A stretch of 63,366 nt of DNA, counting the filler, from Ministeria vibrans ATCC 50519 (lineage: Eukaryota; Protista; Filasterea): assembly GCA_943704425.1 (NCBI GenBank). It is 5 parts of 5 records of this genome, joined end to end, with 100 filler letters (N's around TTAATTAATTAA, not from the genome) between each part and the next. Parts side by side here need not be neighbours in the genome. Positions count along the whole stretch, not along the records: positions 15,164 to 44,689 come from CALSCP010001236.1; positions 44,790 to 48,271 come from CALSCP010002316.1; 3 more parts are not named here. One strand, given 5' to 3'. Below are positions 36,401 to 48,371 of this stretch, piece by piece. Both the position numbers and the translations under genes were made by a program. The first letter of the stretch is position 1, and each line of letters begins with the position of its first letter. The notes beneath the pieces were generated by a model. That model searched no databases and was not told the origin of the DNA. It saw nothing but the letters and a program-made list of their open reading frames with translations.

Positions 36401-39400
36401 CGTACCTCTTTGAGACGGCCGGCACGTTTCCCTACACGTGTCTGTTGCACCCGCAAACTATGACAGGTAGCGAGATTGTTGTCACGCCTGACGGCACCGT
36501 TGCGTTGGAGGGTTGCAGCTCGAGTCCGTGCCAGAACAGCGGCTTCTGCATCGACCTGGGCGGCAACTCGATTCTGTGCGCGTGTACCAACCCAGACTAC
36601 ACCGGTGCGTTTTGCGAGTCGCTGATTGATCCCTGTGACCCAAACCCATGTCAGGGAGGTGGTACGTGTACATCGACGAGTGCCACCGCGTACACCTGCC
36701 AGTGTCCCAGCGGCTTTGTGGGCGCAGTGTGTTCCATCAATGCGAACGAGTGCACGTCCAACCCGTGCAACAATGGTGTGTGTACGGACGGCGTGGACGG
36801 CTACACATGTACCTGTCACACGGGCTTTACAGGTGCCGGCTGTCTGGAGAACATCGATGACTGTGTCTCGTCGCCATGTGCCAATGGCGGAACGTGCAAC
36901 GACGGCATCAACGAGTATGGTTGTTCCTGCACCCTGGGGTTCCAGGGCACCCATTGCGACCAGCAAGTGATTGAGTGTAGCTCGAACCCCTGCATGAACG
37001 GCGGCACATGCTCCGACGGCACCAACAGCTACACGTGTACGTGTGCCCCTGGATTCACCGGCGTCACATGCGCCGTGGAAGTGATTGAGTGTGGCTCGTC
37101 GCCCTGCCAGAATGGTGCGACTTGTGTCGACAGTGTAAACACCTACACGTGTCAATGTGTGCCCGGCTATGTGGGGCGTCTGTGTGATCAGGACATTGAC
37201 GAGTGTCTGTCGTTGCCGTGTCAGAACGGCGGTACGTGTACCGACGTCGTCAATGGCTTTGCGTGCTCTTGTCCCACCGGCTTTGCCGGCTTCAATTGTG
37301 GTCAGAACATCAACGAGTGTGCGTCGCAGCCCTGCCGCAACGGTGGCACATGCCTCGACGGCATTGACCGATTTACGTGCAACTGTGCCGGCACGGGTTT
37401 TGGTGGTGCGACGTGTGACGCCGCGCAGGATGCCTGCTCGTCGAATCCTTGTTCGAATGCGGCGCAGTGCACGTCGACGCTCGGTGTGTGGTCGTGTGAC
37501 TGTACCAACACGGGTTTCAGTGGCGCAACCTGCAGCGTGGCCGTCAACGAGTGTGCATCCTCGCCGTGCGCCAATGCGGGCACCTGTTTTGACCATGTCA
37601 ATTCGTACGCGTGCGCCTGTGTCTTTGGCTATGCCGGCGCCAACTGTCTGACCAACGTAGACGATTGCGTAAATAGCCCTTGTGCTAACGGTGGTACCTG
37701 TGTGGATGGTATCAATTCGGTCGTATGCACGTGCGCGGCGGGATTCACGGGCACCCTGTGCAACGTCAACATTGACGAGTGTGCATCGTCTCCATGCCAC
37801 AACCAGGGTGTGTGCACGGATGGTAACAACAAATTCACGTGTGACTGTTCCTCGACGGCCTTTGGCGGCACCCTGTGTGACCAGGCGTCGGATGCGTGCT
37901 CGAGCAACCCGTGTCTGAACAGTGGTGTGTGCAGTACGGCTACGGGCAGCTGGCAATGTGATTGCGCCGGTACGGGCTTTACCGGCACGAGCTGTGCGGT
38001 GGACATTGACGAGTGTGCGTCGTCGCCCTGCGAGCATGGCTCGACCTGCTCGAATCTGGTGAATGCATTTGCGTGCATCTGTACCGCAGGTTATGCGGGC
38101 GCGTCGTGCCAAGTGGACGTTGACGAGTGTCTATCGGCACCCTGTCGCAATGTGGGTACCTGCGTGGACGGAGTGAATGGCTTTACGTGTGTGTGCGCGG
38201 CGGGCTTCTCGGGTTCGATGTGTGCCGTGAATGTGGACGAGTGCAACTCCCAGCCGTGTCAGAATGGAGCCGCATGTGTTGATGGAATCGACCGGTTCAC
38301 GTGCAACTGTGCGGGTACCGGTTTTGGCGGTGGACTTTGTGACGTGCAGCAGGACCAGTGTGCGTCACAGCCGTGTGCAAATGGGGGAGCCTGCTCGTCG
38401 GTGGGCCCCACGTACCTGTGCAACTGTGCCAACACTGGGTTTAGCGGCACCAACTGTGAGGTGGACAGCAACGAGTGTGCGTCGCAGCCGTGTCTCAATG
38501 GCGCTACGTGTGTGGACAATGCGAACGCGTGGTCGTGCGTATGCGCGTCGGGCTTTGGCGGAGTGACGTGCGCGCAGGATCTGAACGAGTGCCAGTCGAC
38601 GCCCTGTCGCAACGGCGCGACCTGTGTGGATGCCGTCAATGGCTACTCGTGCACTTGCGTCGCTGGTTTCACAGGATCACTTTGCCAGGCGGACATTGAC
38701 GAGTGTGTGTCGCAGCCGTGCGAGAATGGTGCCACTTGCCAAAATGGTGTGGGTCAGTTTGAGTGTTTCTGCGCCGCTGGTTTTAGCGGCGTGACGTGTG
38801 CGAGCGATAATGACGAGTGTCTGAGCATGCCCTGTCGCAACCAGGGTACGTGTACCGACGTTGCGGGGTCCTTTTCGTGTGCGTGCGTCGTCGGATTTGA
38901 GGGTACACGATGCGAGACGAACACGGACGAGTGTGCAAGTCGACCGTGTGCCAACGATGGCATTTGTAGCGACCAGGTGAACGGATTCACGTGTGTGTGT
39001 GGTGCGGGCTTTACCGGTGTCGTGTGCGAGTCAGAGACGGACGAGTGCGCAGTGGGACCTTGTCACCACGGTGGTACGTGTGTTTTGGGTGCGGGAACGC
39101 AGTTTACGTGTGTGTGCAGCGCCGGCTACACTGGCAGTTTGTGCCAGGTGAACATTGACGATTGTCAGTCGGCGCCGTGTGCGGGTGTGGGCAGTCGCTG
39201 TGACGATGGTGTGGCATCTTACGTGTGTGTGTGTGCAGTCGGCTTGGCGGGCACCAATTGCATGCAGAACGTGGACGAGTGCGCGAGCGCTCCGTGTTTC
39301 AATGGTGGTACCTGCGTGGACGCGCTGAATGGTTTCACATGTACCTGTGCATCGGGATTTTCGGGGATGTTCTGCGACGGAGATGTGAACGAGTGTGCGT

Positions 39401-41660
39401 CGACACCTTGCCGCAATGGTGGTACATGTACGGATGCGGTGAATGATGTGGTGTGCACGTGTGCGGCGGGCTGGACGGGCCAGAGGTGCGCGGCAAGCAT
39501 TGCCGAGTGCTTGTCGGACCCATGCCTGAACGGTGGAACGTGCGTTGATGGGGCCAACGCTTTCACGTGCCTGTGCAAAGGTGGCTACACGGGAGCGCAG
39601 TGCGAGTCAGACGTGAACGAGTGTGCCTCGTCGCCGTGCGCCGCGGGTGCCACCTGTCTCAACATGATCAATGCCTTTTCGTGTACCTGCGTGGCGGGCA
39701 TGACGGGCCCGATGTGTGACGTAGACATTGACGAGTGTGCCTCGTCGCCTTGTATGTCGGGTGGAACGTGCGCGCAACAGTCGGGTGCGCTGAATAGCTA
39801 CGCGTGCACGTGCATGAGTGGCTTTGCGGGAAGCATGTGCGAGACGAACATCAACGATTGTGCGTCGCAACCGTGCGAGAGTGGTGGTATTTGTAATGAT
39901 GGAGTTGACTCATACACGTGCGACTGCAGCCAAGTGGGCCGTGGCGGTACTCATTGCGAGACGGTGATTGACGCGTGTACGTCGAACCCGTGCGACAACG
40001 GCGGCCAGTGCACGGCGACGGGCACGACACTGTTTGTGTGTGCCTGTGGCAACTCGGGCTTCACGGGTGTCACTTGCTCGGATGCCATTGACGAGTGTGC
40101 GTCGACACCGTGCCAGAATGGCGCCAGTTGTGTGGATGGAACGGCATCGCACACATGTGTGTGTGCAGCTGGCTACGAGGGCACGCTGTGCGCGACCAAC
40201 ACCGACGAGTGTGCGTCGACGCCTTGTCTCAATGGCGCGACGTGCACCGACGGTGTTGCCTCGGTGGTGTGCACATGTGCGTCAGGCTTCACGGGCACGA
40301 CGTGCGATGCGAATGTGCTCGAGTGTGCGTCCACGCCATGTCTCAATGGGGGTGTGTGTACTGATGCTGTCGACGGGTTCACGTGTGCATGCCTCTCGGG
40401 CTTCACCGGCATTTTGTGTGCGAACGATGTGGATGAGTGTGCGTCGTCACCGTGTCAGTTTGGTGGCACGTGTACCGACGGAGAGGACAAGTTTACGTGT
40501 GCGTGTACATCGGGACGCATTGGAGTGTCGTGCGAGACGACCATCAATGACTGTGTGTCGAGCCCCTGTCAAAATGGGGGGAATTGTGTGTCCGGTGCGG
40601 CTGGTACGTGGTCGTGCAGCTGTGCTGCGGGCTACACGGGTGCGTCGTGCGAGAACAACATTAACGAGTGTGCCTCGATGCCGTGCGCCAATGGCGGACA
40701 GTGTGCGGACAAAGTGAATGGTTTTACATGTACGTGTGTCGCGGGCTACACGGGCTCGGCGTGTTTGACAAACATAAACGACTGTACGTCGACCCCATGC
40801 CAGAATGGCGGTAGCTGCCAAGATGGCGTTGCGTCGTACACATGTGTGTGTGTCGTTGGCTATGCGGGGACAATGTGTGAGACGGACGTTGATGATTGCG
40901 CCACAGCACAGTGTGCCTCAAGCGCGACGTGCGTGGACGCTGTCAATGCCTATACGTGCACCTGTGCCGCAGGCACGACGGGCACATTGTGTACCGAGGA
41001 TGTGCTCGAGTGTGCGAGCTTCCCGTGTTCCAACGGCGCCACGTGTCATGAAGGTGCCAATACGTTCACGTGCTCCTGTGCAGCGGGTTTTACCGGAGCG
41101 TTGTGCGACGTTAACATTAATGACTGTCTGTCGGTGACGTGCCAGAATGGTGGCACGTGCAACGACGGGCTCACGAGCTTTGTGTGTGCGTGTGCAAACG
41201 GCTACACGGGTTTAAACTGCGAGACGAACATTAACGAGTGTGTGCCACTGCCGTGCAGTAACGGCGGCACGTGCACCGACGGCATTGGTTCGTTTGTGTG
41301 TGCCTGTCGCGAAGGCTTCACCGGCACAAGTTGCTCGGCAGTCATCAACAACTGCCTGTCCAACCCATGTGCGTCGGGTTCGACGTGCACGTCGACTCCC
41401 ACAAGCTACACGTGTGCCTGTGTCGAGGGCAAAATTGGATCCCAATGCGAGCTGGTAGGCGTCAAGTCGACCGGTGGAACCATTCGAGTGGGCAATGTGG
41501 TGGTGACGTTTGATGCGGGCGTGTTCTCGAGCGATGTTCAGGTGGATGTGACTCTCTCGACGCTCCCCGTCAATGCGCAGATCGGTGTCACCGAGACACC
41601 ATCGCCCCAGACTGTTGTTCACATTTCGACCCCGTCCTTTTCGGGTGCATGGTACGACAA

Positions 41661-41743
<83 letters not shown>

Positions 41744-42262
41744 AAGAAACAAAGTGATAGAGAGAGAGAAGGGAGAAAGAAACAAAGTGATAGAGAGAGA
41801 GAAGGGAGAAAGAAACAAAGTGATAGAGAGAGGAGGGAGAAAGAAGCAAAGTGATAGAGAGAGGAGGGAGAATGGGGGAGGGAGGGACGACCGATGATAA
41901 TTACATTGATTGCTAATAATGATTGTGTGTGTGTGGGGGGTTTTTTGTTTGTAATCATTTTTGCGGGTTTAGGGGTGGCAAGGCCAAAGTGACCATTATC
42001 TACACGGCATCGCCCACCAGCGGCACCTCATGGTCCCTGTTTTACTCGACCTCCGAGTCAGGGCCCTACACTGTTGTGTCGAACATCTTTTCGCGACGTC
42101 GTGCGCTTTCCAACTGTATTTCAACGTCAACTGCCGCCTGTGGGTTTGTCTCGGGCTCAGGCTATAGTACAGGCGGTGTGCCCGCCAGCGGCACCTCAAA
42201 CAGTGCAAGTACGCGCAATACTACCCCCACTCCCCTGCAACTCTATCTGATTGACATAATAA

Positions 42263-42299
<37 letters not shown>

Positions 42300-42719
42300 G
42301 TCTGAGCACAGGAATCGTTGTGGGCGTTGTAGTTGCCATTGTTGTTGTGCTTCTGGTTGTGCTGGTGATTGCATTTGTGGTGATGCGCCGTCGCAAGAGT
42401 GCCGGCGTCCAGTTTGGATTGACCCAGGACCAAAGTGCCAGTGTTATCAGTGGCGCAGTGCCAGGTGTTGGTCGCGCTGAGACCCTCCGCGAGAGAAAAG
42501 CCATTCGTCGATGTAAGGGTGGAGAAAGAAGAACGCGCAAACCCGCGGTGTGCACTCATATATTTTATTATTAATTATAATTATTATTTTGTTGCAGCCG
42601 AGACACTCAATTCGTACTCGGGCGCAATCAACCGAACGGCACTCAATGAGGACCGATCACGCGGAGCGACCGAGTTTGAGCTGAGCAATTTGGGAGTGGA
42701 CGCAGAAGTGGACGTTTGA
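29235..42719 (+). CDS. Giant single-pass receptor (~3980 aa): N-terminal unknown region, 11 SRCR, cupredoxin, 43 EGF, ZU5-like, TM, short tail ending EVDV
   Basis: Exons 29235-29374, 30033-30093, 30153-30255, 30543-30629, 30673-41651, 41973-42208, 42300-42512, 42598-42719. Signal peptide; RLVGG...EGRVE..WGTVCDD SRCR motifs; YTCLLHPQTM copper motif; TM GIVVGVVVAIVVVLLVVLVIAFVVM followed by RRRK. Confidence 0.9.
30322..30510. repeat. Intronic CT-rich minisatellite (CTATCACTTTGTTTCTTTC units) plus (CT)n
   Basis: Several imperfect ~25-nt units followed by a CT run. Confidence 0.85.
41664..41865. repeat. Intronic (GA)n plus GAAAGAAACAAAGTGATAG minisatellite; reverse complement of 30322-30510
   Basis: Three near-identical ~32-nt units plus a GAAAGAAGCAAAGTGATAG variant. 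Confidence 0.85.
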
Positions 42720-42879
42720 GGGAGATTGAGAGGGAATGAGTGAATGAGAGACACAACTAAATACTAATAATTATTATGAACGAGAGAAGACATTATTTAT
42801 TACTAATAATGATTATTGATGAACGAGAAACACCAGAGAGTTTACATATTTGGAATATACAATTATGGCGCTACTGCTC

Positions 42880-44186
42880 TTAGTCGTGCAGAGGATGGAG
42901 TGCGTGGTAGAGCACAAGCATGGCATTGGACGCCTCGGCTAAAAGATCATCGACAAAGGCACCCGACTTGGCCGAGATGAAGAGAGAGCGCGCGGAAAAT
43001 TCCTCGGCGAGCGCATCGGCCTCGTCTTGCGTGACGGAACGCCCGTCCAGGTCAATTTTGTTGCCGACAAGCATGATGACAGTGTCGGCGTGCGTCTCGC
43101 GCCGCAGTTCCCCCAGATACGACCGACACGCCGTGAATGACGACCGCTCAGTGACGTCGTAGACCACAAGGATTACAGGCGCCCCCTATATCAGATTTTA
43201 AGAATAATTATTATAATTATTTATAGTGAGGAAGGAGATGTGGGGCAAGTTATTTCATGAGCGCACTGCAACGGTGTTTTTTTACCTTGTAGTACATTTG
43301 CCACATTGCGCGATAGTTCTCCTGGCCAGCGACGTCCCACACGTCGAGGGCAAGGCGAATGCCGTCGGCACAGGGAACAATTTTTCGTTGGAAGCACACG
43401 CCAATGGTGGTTTGGCAGGCGGGATCAAAGCGAGAATGGACAACACGCTCGAGAAGCGACGTCTTTCCCACACCTCCCTGACCCAGAAGCACCATTTTGC
43501 TGACCACATCGCAGACCCCCACGGCATCACCGGCGGGCAAGGCAAAGAGAAACTTGTCCTTGTCGGCGGTGGCTGCACCTGCACCGAGCAGGGGAGCAGC
43601 GACCTCCGAGTCGACGGGTGCCGCCGCATTCACAGCGGTCACATCACGTTTCTTGGCGGCCATTCGTGCGCCTGACATGCCCGCAAGGTTGCACGTCTCT
43701 CGGTGTGCCAGGGCAGTCTCTTGGACGTCCGCAACGGTGCGCAGCCACATGTTAACGCCGTCGTCGTTCTCCGTCGCGAAAATGCGATGGGTTTCGTTGC
43801 CCATCGACTTGCCCGTCGCGTCGCAATGCTCGCAGGTCACTTGAAACGCGTGCGGTTTCCCTGTGTGCTTCTTGGCTCCGAAAACGCGAAAGCGAGCTCG
43901 AAGAAGACCGCCCGCACTGGAAGACGGAGGAGGAAAAAAGAAGAAGAAAAAAAAAGGCACAACACAGAAAGACAAGAAGGAAATGAGGTATCTGACACGG
44001 AGGAGGAGTGGAAGGACGCATGGGAAAGGAGAGAGGGCGTTGGGGCGATGGCTGCTGCGGTGCGTACGAGTCGTAGGATTCGAGAATGCCATCGTCATAC
44101 AGACAAATGTATCGTTTGCGCCACTGCTTCAAATGCTGGCTTTTCTTCAGCAGCGTGGCCTCCAACAGTGTGTTGGAGGACGACAT
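42880..44186 (-). CDS. PH domain-Rab-like small GTPase fusion; 3 exons
   Basis: PH-like LLKKSQHLKQWRKRYICL...HAFQV...FATENDDGVNMWLRTV; G boxes GQGGVGKT, TIG, WDVAGQE, NKID, SAK. Confidence 0.85.
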
Positions 44187-44561
44187 TGAATACACTTGAA
44201 GCAAGCTGCAAGCACTAAATAATTTTTTTAATATTGTCTATTCACTATTGATTATTTTGAAGTTTGAACTTCTTCTTCTTAGAGTTCATGTTATTAGTTA
44301 CTATCAGTCGCAAACGAAATGGACGCCACGCACCGCAGAACCACTCCTCAATCTCTAAGCTACAGATTCGTCGACTATTTTGCTTACGTGGTTATTCATT
44401 CTGAATTTAAATAAAATAGGAATATTAATTTCATCTGGATTCTGCAGAGGCCGAGGCACTTCGTGCAGAAAAATACCCTAGCTAGGTAGGACTATAAAAC
44501 TTCAGAGACAATCGTTCGCATTCTCTCTTTCTTTCTCGTTCTCTTTGTGTGGGCATGTGGT

Positions 44562-44577
44562 GGTGTTAAAAAACACC
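44562..44577 (-). promoter_or_regulatory. Histone mRNA 3' stem-loop
   Basis: Minus strand reads CCAACCT-GGTGTT-TTTT-AACACC-ACCAC: 6-bp stem, 4-nt U loop, 56 nt after the H3 stop. Confidence 0.85.
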
Positions 44578-44633
44578 AGGTTGGTTTGTTGTGAAGCTGA
44601 TGGAGCAGTTGCTGGGAAATCAAAGAACTTGAT

Positions 44634-44689
44634 TTACGCGCGCTCACCACGGATGCGGCGGGCCAGCTGGATGTCCTTGGGCATGATGG
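44634..44689 (-). CDS. H3: Histone H3, C-terminal fragment (rest in gap)
   Basis: Translates IMPKDIQLARRIRGERA*. Confidence 0.95.
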
Positions 44690-44789
44690 NNNNNNNNNNN
44701 NNNNNNNNNNNNNNNNNNNNNNNNNNNNNNNNNTTAATTAATTAANNNNNNNNNNNNNNNNNNNNNNNNNNNNNNNNNNNNNNNNNNNN
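44690..44789. other. Assembly linker
   Basis: N44-TTAATTAATTAA-N44. Confidence 0.97.
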
Positions 44790-44922
<133 letters not shown>

Positions 44923-44975
44923 AAAGAATGAAAATAAAAATAATTATTATTAAATTTTTGGTTTGGATTCGTACT

Positions 44976-46168
44976 CTGGAAACACTCCTTTGACTTTGGC
45001 CAAATACACCTTTTTTAAAGAGTGGCTCTCAATGTCCTGTTGGATTTCACGAGCGGCAGATTTGGTGCGAGCGAGCATAAGAAGACCTATTGGGAACCAT
45101 TGATATAAGAGTTACACTCACTGGGCATTTAACGGATCGAGTTGCACATGTCATTGGGGTCATTTCTCTTATTCCCCCTCCCTTTATCTTTTGTCTGTGT
45201 TGTACCTGACGTAAGACGGTCCAGTCGATGGATCGCTGTAGACAAGAACCATAAAAATAATAAAAAAATTTAATGGATAAAAACACGACACACATTGAGC
45301 CATTACTGTTCAGTTGGTCCAAGCCCATTTCGTCGCGAAGAACCCCCAAAAGAGTATTGTGGCGGAATCGACCGGCCGCATGGATGGGAATGGACGCTGG
45401 CTTGTCCACCACGACATACTTGTCGTCCGAATGCACAATTGTGATCTGTGGCACAAACAGCGAAATGAGTAAATTTCCTTTTTTTTTTTTTTTTTTTTTT
45501 TTTTTTNNNNNNNNNNGAAAAAAATTCGACGAAAAAATTCTCGGCCTTGTCACGCTCGAAGGGGTTCACCTTTCCGTTTCCGATGGTCGGTTCGTGTTTG
45601 TGAGTCAGATGACTGATAGTGTCGCCGTTTTTCAGAATGTGATTTGGCGAAACGCGTTTTCCATTGACCCGAATGCGACCCAACTCAATCGCTTTATCAT
45701 AGTACTCGCGAGGATGCGCCACGAATTCCTCCGAGAACATGTCGATGAGGGTGCGGTTGAACCACCGCCCTTTGGCATGTGCGTTGTATTCGCTCCAGTA
45801 CGGATGAATACATCGCTGACCTGCAAAGTACATAAATTATAACAATATTATTGTGACATTCTCCAGTTGATTTTTTTGTCATTTGTCTCTTGGAAGAGAG
45901 CCGAACCTGAGCGAACAAACCGGACAATTTCATCGCCATTGCTGTTGTCGGATGCTTTGAATTTCTGCAGATGAAATCAATGTGAGTTTGTTGTATAATG
46001 ATAATCATTGTCAAAGATGGGAATCTGTACCTTTGTCTCCTGCTCGATGCGCGCCTCTCTAGCAGGCACTTGGTCTGTCTCAGATGCTCGGCGTTTCAAG
46101 GAGGCCCTCGGTGGCGCAGCTTCAGCGCTGCGCTCCTCAGAGGAGGAGGAAGGACCCGCTTCGCTCAT
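44976..46168 (-). CDS. RPUSD2: RluA-family pseudouridine synthase (RPUSD2/RIB2-like); 3' end lost in gap
   Basis: AKGRW, S4-like GRIRVNG, HKHEP, VVDKPASIPIH..GRFRHNT, catalytic HRLDRLTSG, KVYLAKVKGVFP. Confidence 0.88.
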
Positions 46169-46440
46169 CCCACTGCGACTGCTGGTCCACACCCGTCCAA
46201 TGCGCACCGCCCGCGAAAGAGATCTGAGTAAAATCGCAAACAAGGGGTGTGCTGACTGGTCCTCTCCAGGGCAAACGAGAGGAAGACACAGACAATAGAA
46301 AATTAATGTGATGAGATGTTTTATTCATGTGAATCATGTCATGAAATGCTATGACTCATCGATCGGGAAAATATCTCAAGTTCTGATCTCTCTGACTCTC
46401 TCAATACATTTTCACTTTTGATCCAACTCGTATTCGTGAG

Positions 46441-47659
46441 ATGGCTCTCTTTGAGGAATACGAGAGGCAATTTGCGACGCTCTCGGCGCAGTTGGAAAAG
46501 AGAATCAGCAGTGACTTACCATCACTCAAAGGAGGTACACACTTGCTGTCCACCCCTCGCGCATGCTATTGGTGCGTGTGGTCTTCCTGGCCATTGCCGC
46601 ACCCCGCAGCACGACGATACGCTCGTTGGCAGTTCCCTTCTTTTTTTCATTTCGGGTTTTCGATTTCAAAGTTCGCTCTAATTGAAAATCGACTGATATC
46701 CGCGCTGGACGTTGCGCACACGTCAATGTGCGTCTGTACACTATAGGATGCGCGTTGAATATCGGTGTGTTTAAGTCTAGTTTCGTCAGTGACAGCGATG
46801 GGAAACTTTTTTTTTTTTTCTGCATTTACTATCGCAATTTTGCAATGGCAACTGCCACGCCCCTGGGCGCTCATGCATGCCAGCGTCTGACTGTACTGTG
46901 CAGAGGAACACAAGGCAGCTGTGCGTGCGGCAGAGAAGGACATTGAGGATGCGCTGGAGGTGCTGGAGCAGATGGACCTGGAGCAGCACGACCAGCCGGC
47001 GGCCGACCGGAGGGCCATCAAGGAGCGCATCCAGTCGTACAACCGCACGATTGACCGCCAGAGAGACGACCTGGTAGGGCCTTTGAGAGTGTCTACCCCC
47101 TCCCCTCCCCACCCCCTCCACCCACTCCACCCACTCCTCCCTGACGATGCGTGTGTGTTAGAGGAAAGCGGCCGTGTCGTTTGACAGTGAGGCGGCTCGC
47201 TCAGAGCTGTTTGGCGGTGAGCTGGGGACGACGGCAGACCAGCGAAATGCATTTCGAAGCAACACAGAACGATTGGAGATGACCACAAACCGACTGGATG
47301 ATGGTTACCGGTATCGATGGGATCACGACAATGCAACGGGAGAGCGAAAAAAAAAACAAACGCCTAACTTTCTTTTGTGTGTGTGTGTGTGTGTGCTCTG
47401 CCGTGTGTGTAGAATGGCACTGGAGACAGAAGAGATAGGAATGGGGATTTTAGGCGAGCTGGACACGCAGCGCGAGACGATCATTACGGCGCGTGGGCGT
47501 CTGCGTAACACAGACGGGACACTGCGCAAGTCGATGACGGTCCTGCGCGGCATGATCAAGCGAGCGTACCAGAACAAGGCGCTCATGTTTGTCCTCATGT
47601 TTGCCATTGTGGGTGTGATTGTGCTCATCATTTACATCAAGGTTGTGAAGAAGAAGTAA
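46441..47659 (+). CDS. VTI1: Qb-SNARE Vti1; 4 exons
   Basis: LFEEYERQF, LEQMDLE, ALETEEIGMGILGELDTQRETI, C-terminal TM. Confidence 0.93.
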
Positions 47660-47779
47660 AAGAGGGAGTAGAGAAGTGTTCATTACCATACTCAACTCAT
47701 ACTGACGCTGACCCAACTTTGGCGTGATCAGAAAACCAAAATCACGAAGAAAAAGTCTTCGAATGATCAAACATTTACA

Positions 47780-48184
47780 ATGAAATCCAAACTGCAAACG
47801 TTCACGTACCAGCACCCATGGGAGGTCGTGACGTTTGCGTACCTGCAGCGGTTCCCTTCGCACCCGCGGCTGCCCGTCATGCTGCAGGCCAAGGTCGAGA
47901 AGTACGGCTACGAGCGCGACGGAGAGACGGGCCATCGGGTCTTCCGCATCGAACGCGAAGTGGTCCTCGACGTCGAAGCGCCCGGCTGGCTCAAGCGGTC
48001 GACGGGCGTGCACACGTTCACCTTCTTCCAGCGCACGACCATCGACCCCGCTGCGCGCACCATGGTCATGCACAACCGCAATCGGACCTACGCCGACAAG
48101 GTCACCATCAGCGAAATCTGCATCTACCGCGCCCACGACGACGACCCCGCCTGGACATGGTTTGAGCAGTCTGCCAACTTGGAG
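47780..48184 (+). CDS. PRELI/MSF1-domain protein, 5' exon (possibly SEC14L1-like); truncated by gap
   Basis: TYQHPWEVVTFAYLQRFPSHP, EAPGWLKR, NRTYADKVTISEICIY, WTWFEQSA. Confidence 0.8.
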
Positions 48185-48271
48185 GTACCGCTTCCCCTCC
48201 CCGCCCTCCACATTTCCTCTTTTTCTCTCAATTTGTTTGCGAACTCTTTTTTTTTTTTTTTTTTTTTTTTT

Positions 48272-48371
48272 NNNNNNNNNNNNNNNNNNNNNNNNNNNNN
48301 NNNNNNNNNNNNNNNTTAATTAATTAANNNNNNNNNNNNNNNNNNNNNNNNNNNNNNNNNNNNNNNNNNNN
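48272..48371. other. Assembly linker
   Basis: N44-TTAATTAATTAA-N44. Confidence 0.97.

Noticed and set aside
33466-38112. Long antisense ORFs (459 and 598 aa) opposite the SRCR/EGF exon
   Set aside because: Shadow ORFs from GC-rich, repetitive sense codons; no recognisable motifs.
36510-41450. Regular ~114-bp periodic repeats that might suggest a CRISPR array or satellite
   Set aside because: They are protein-coding EGF repeats in one open frame, in a eukaryotic context with no cas genes.
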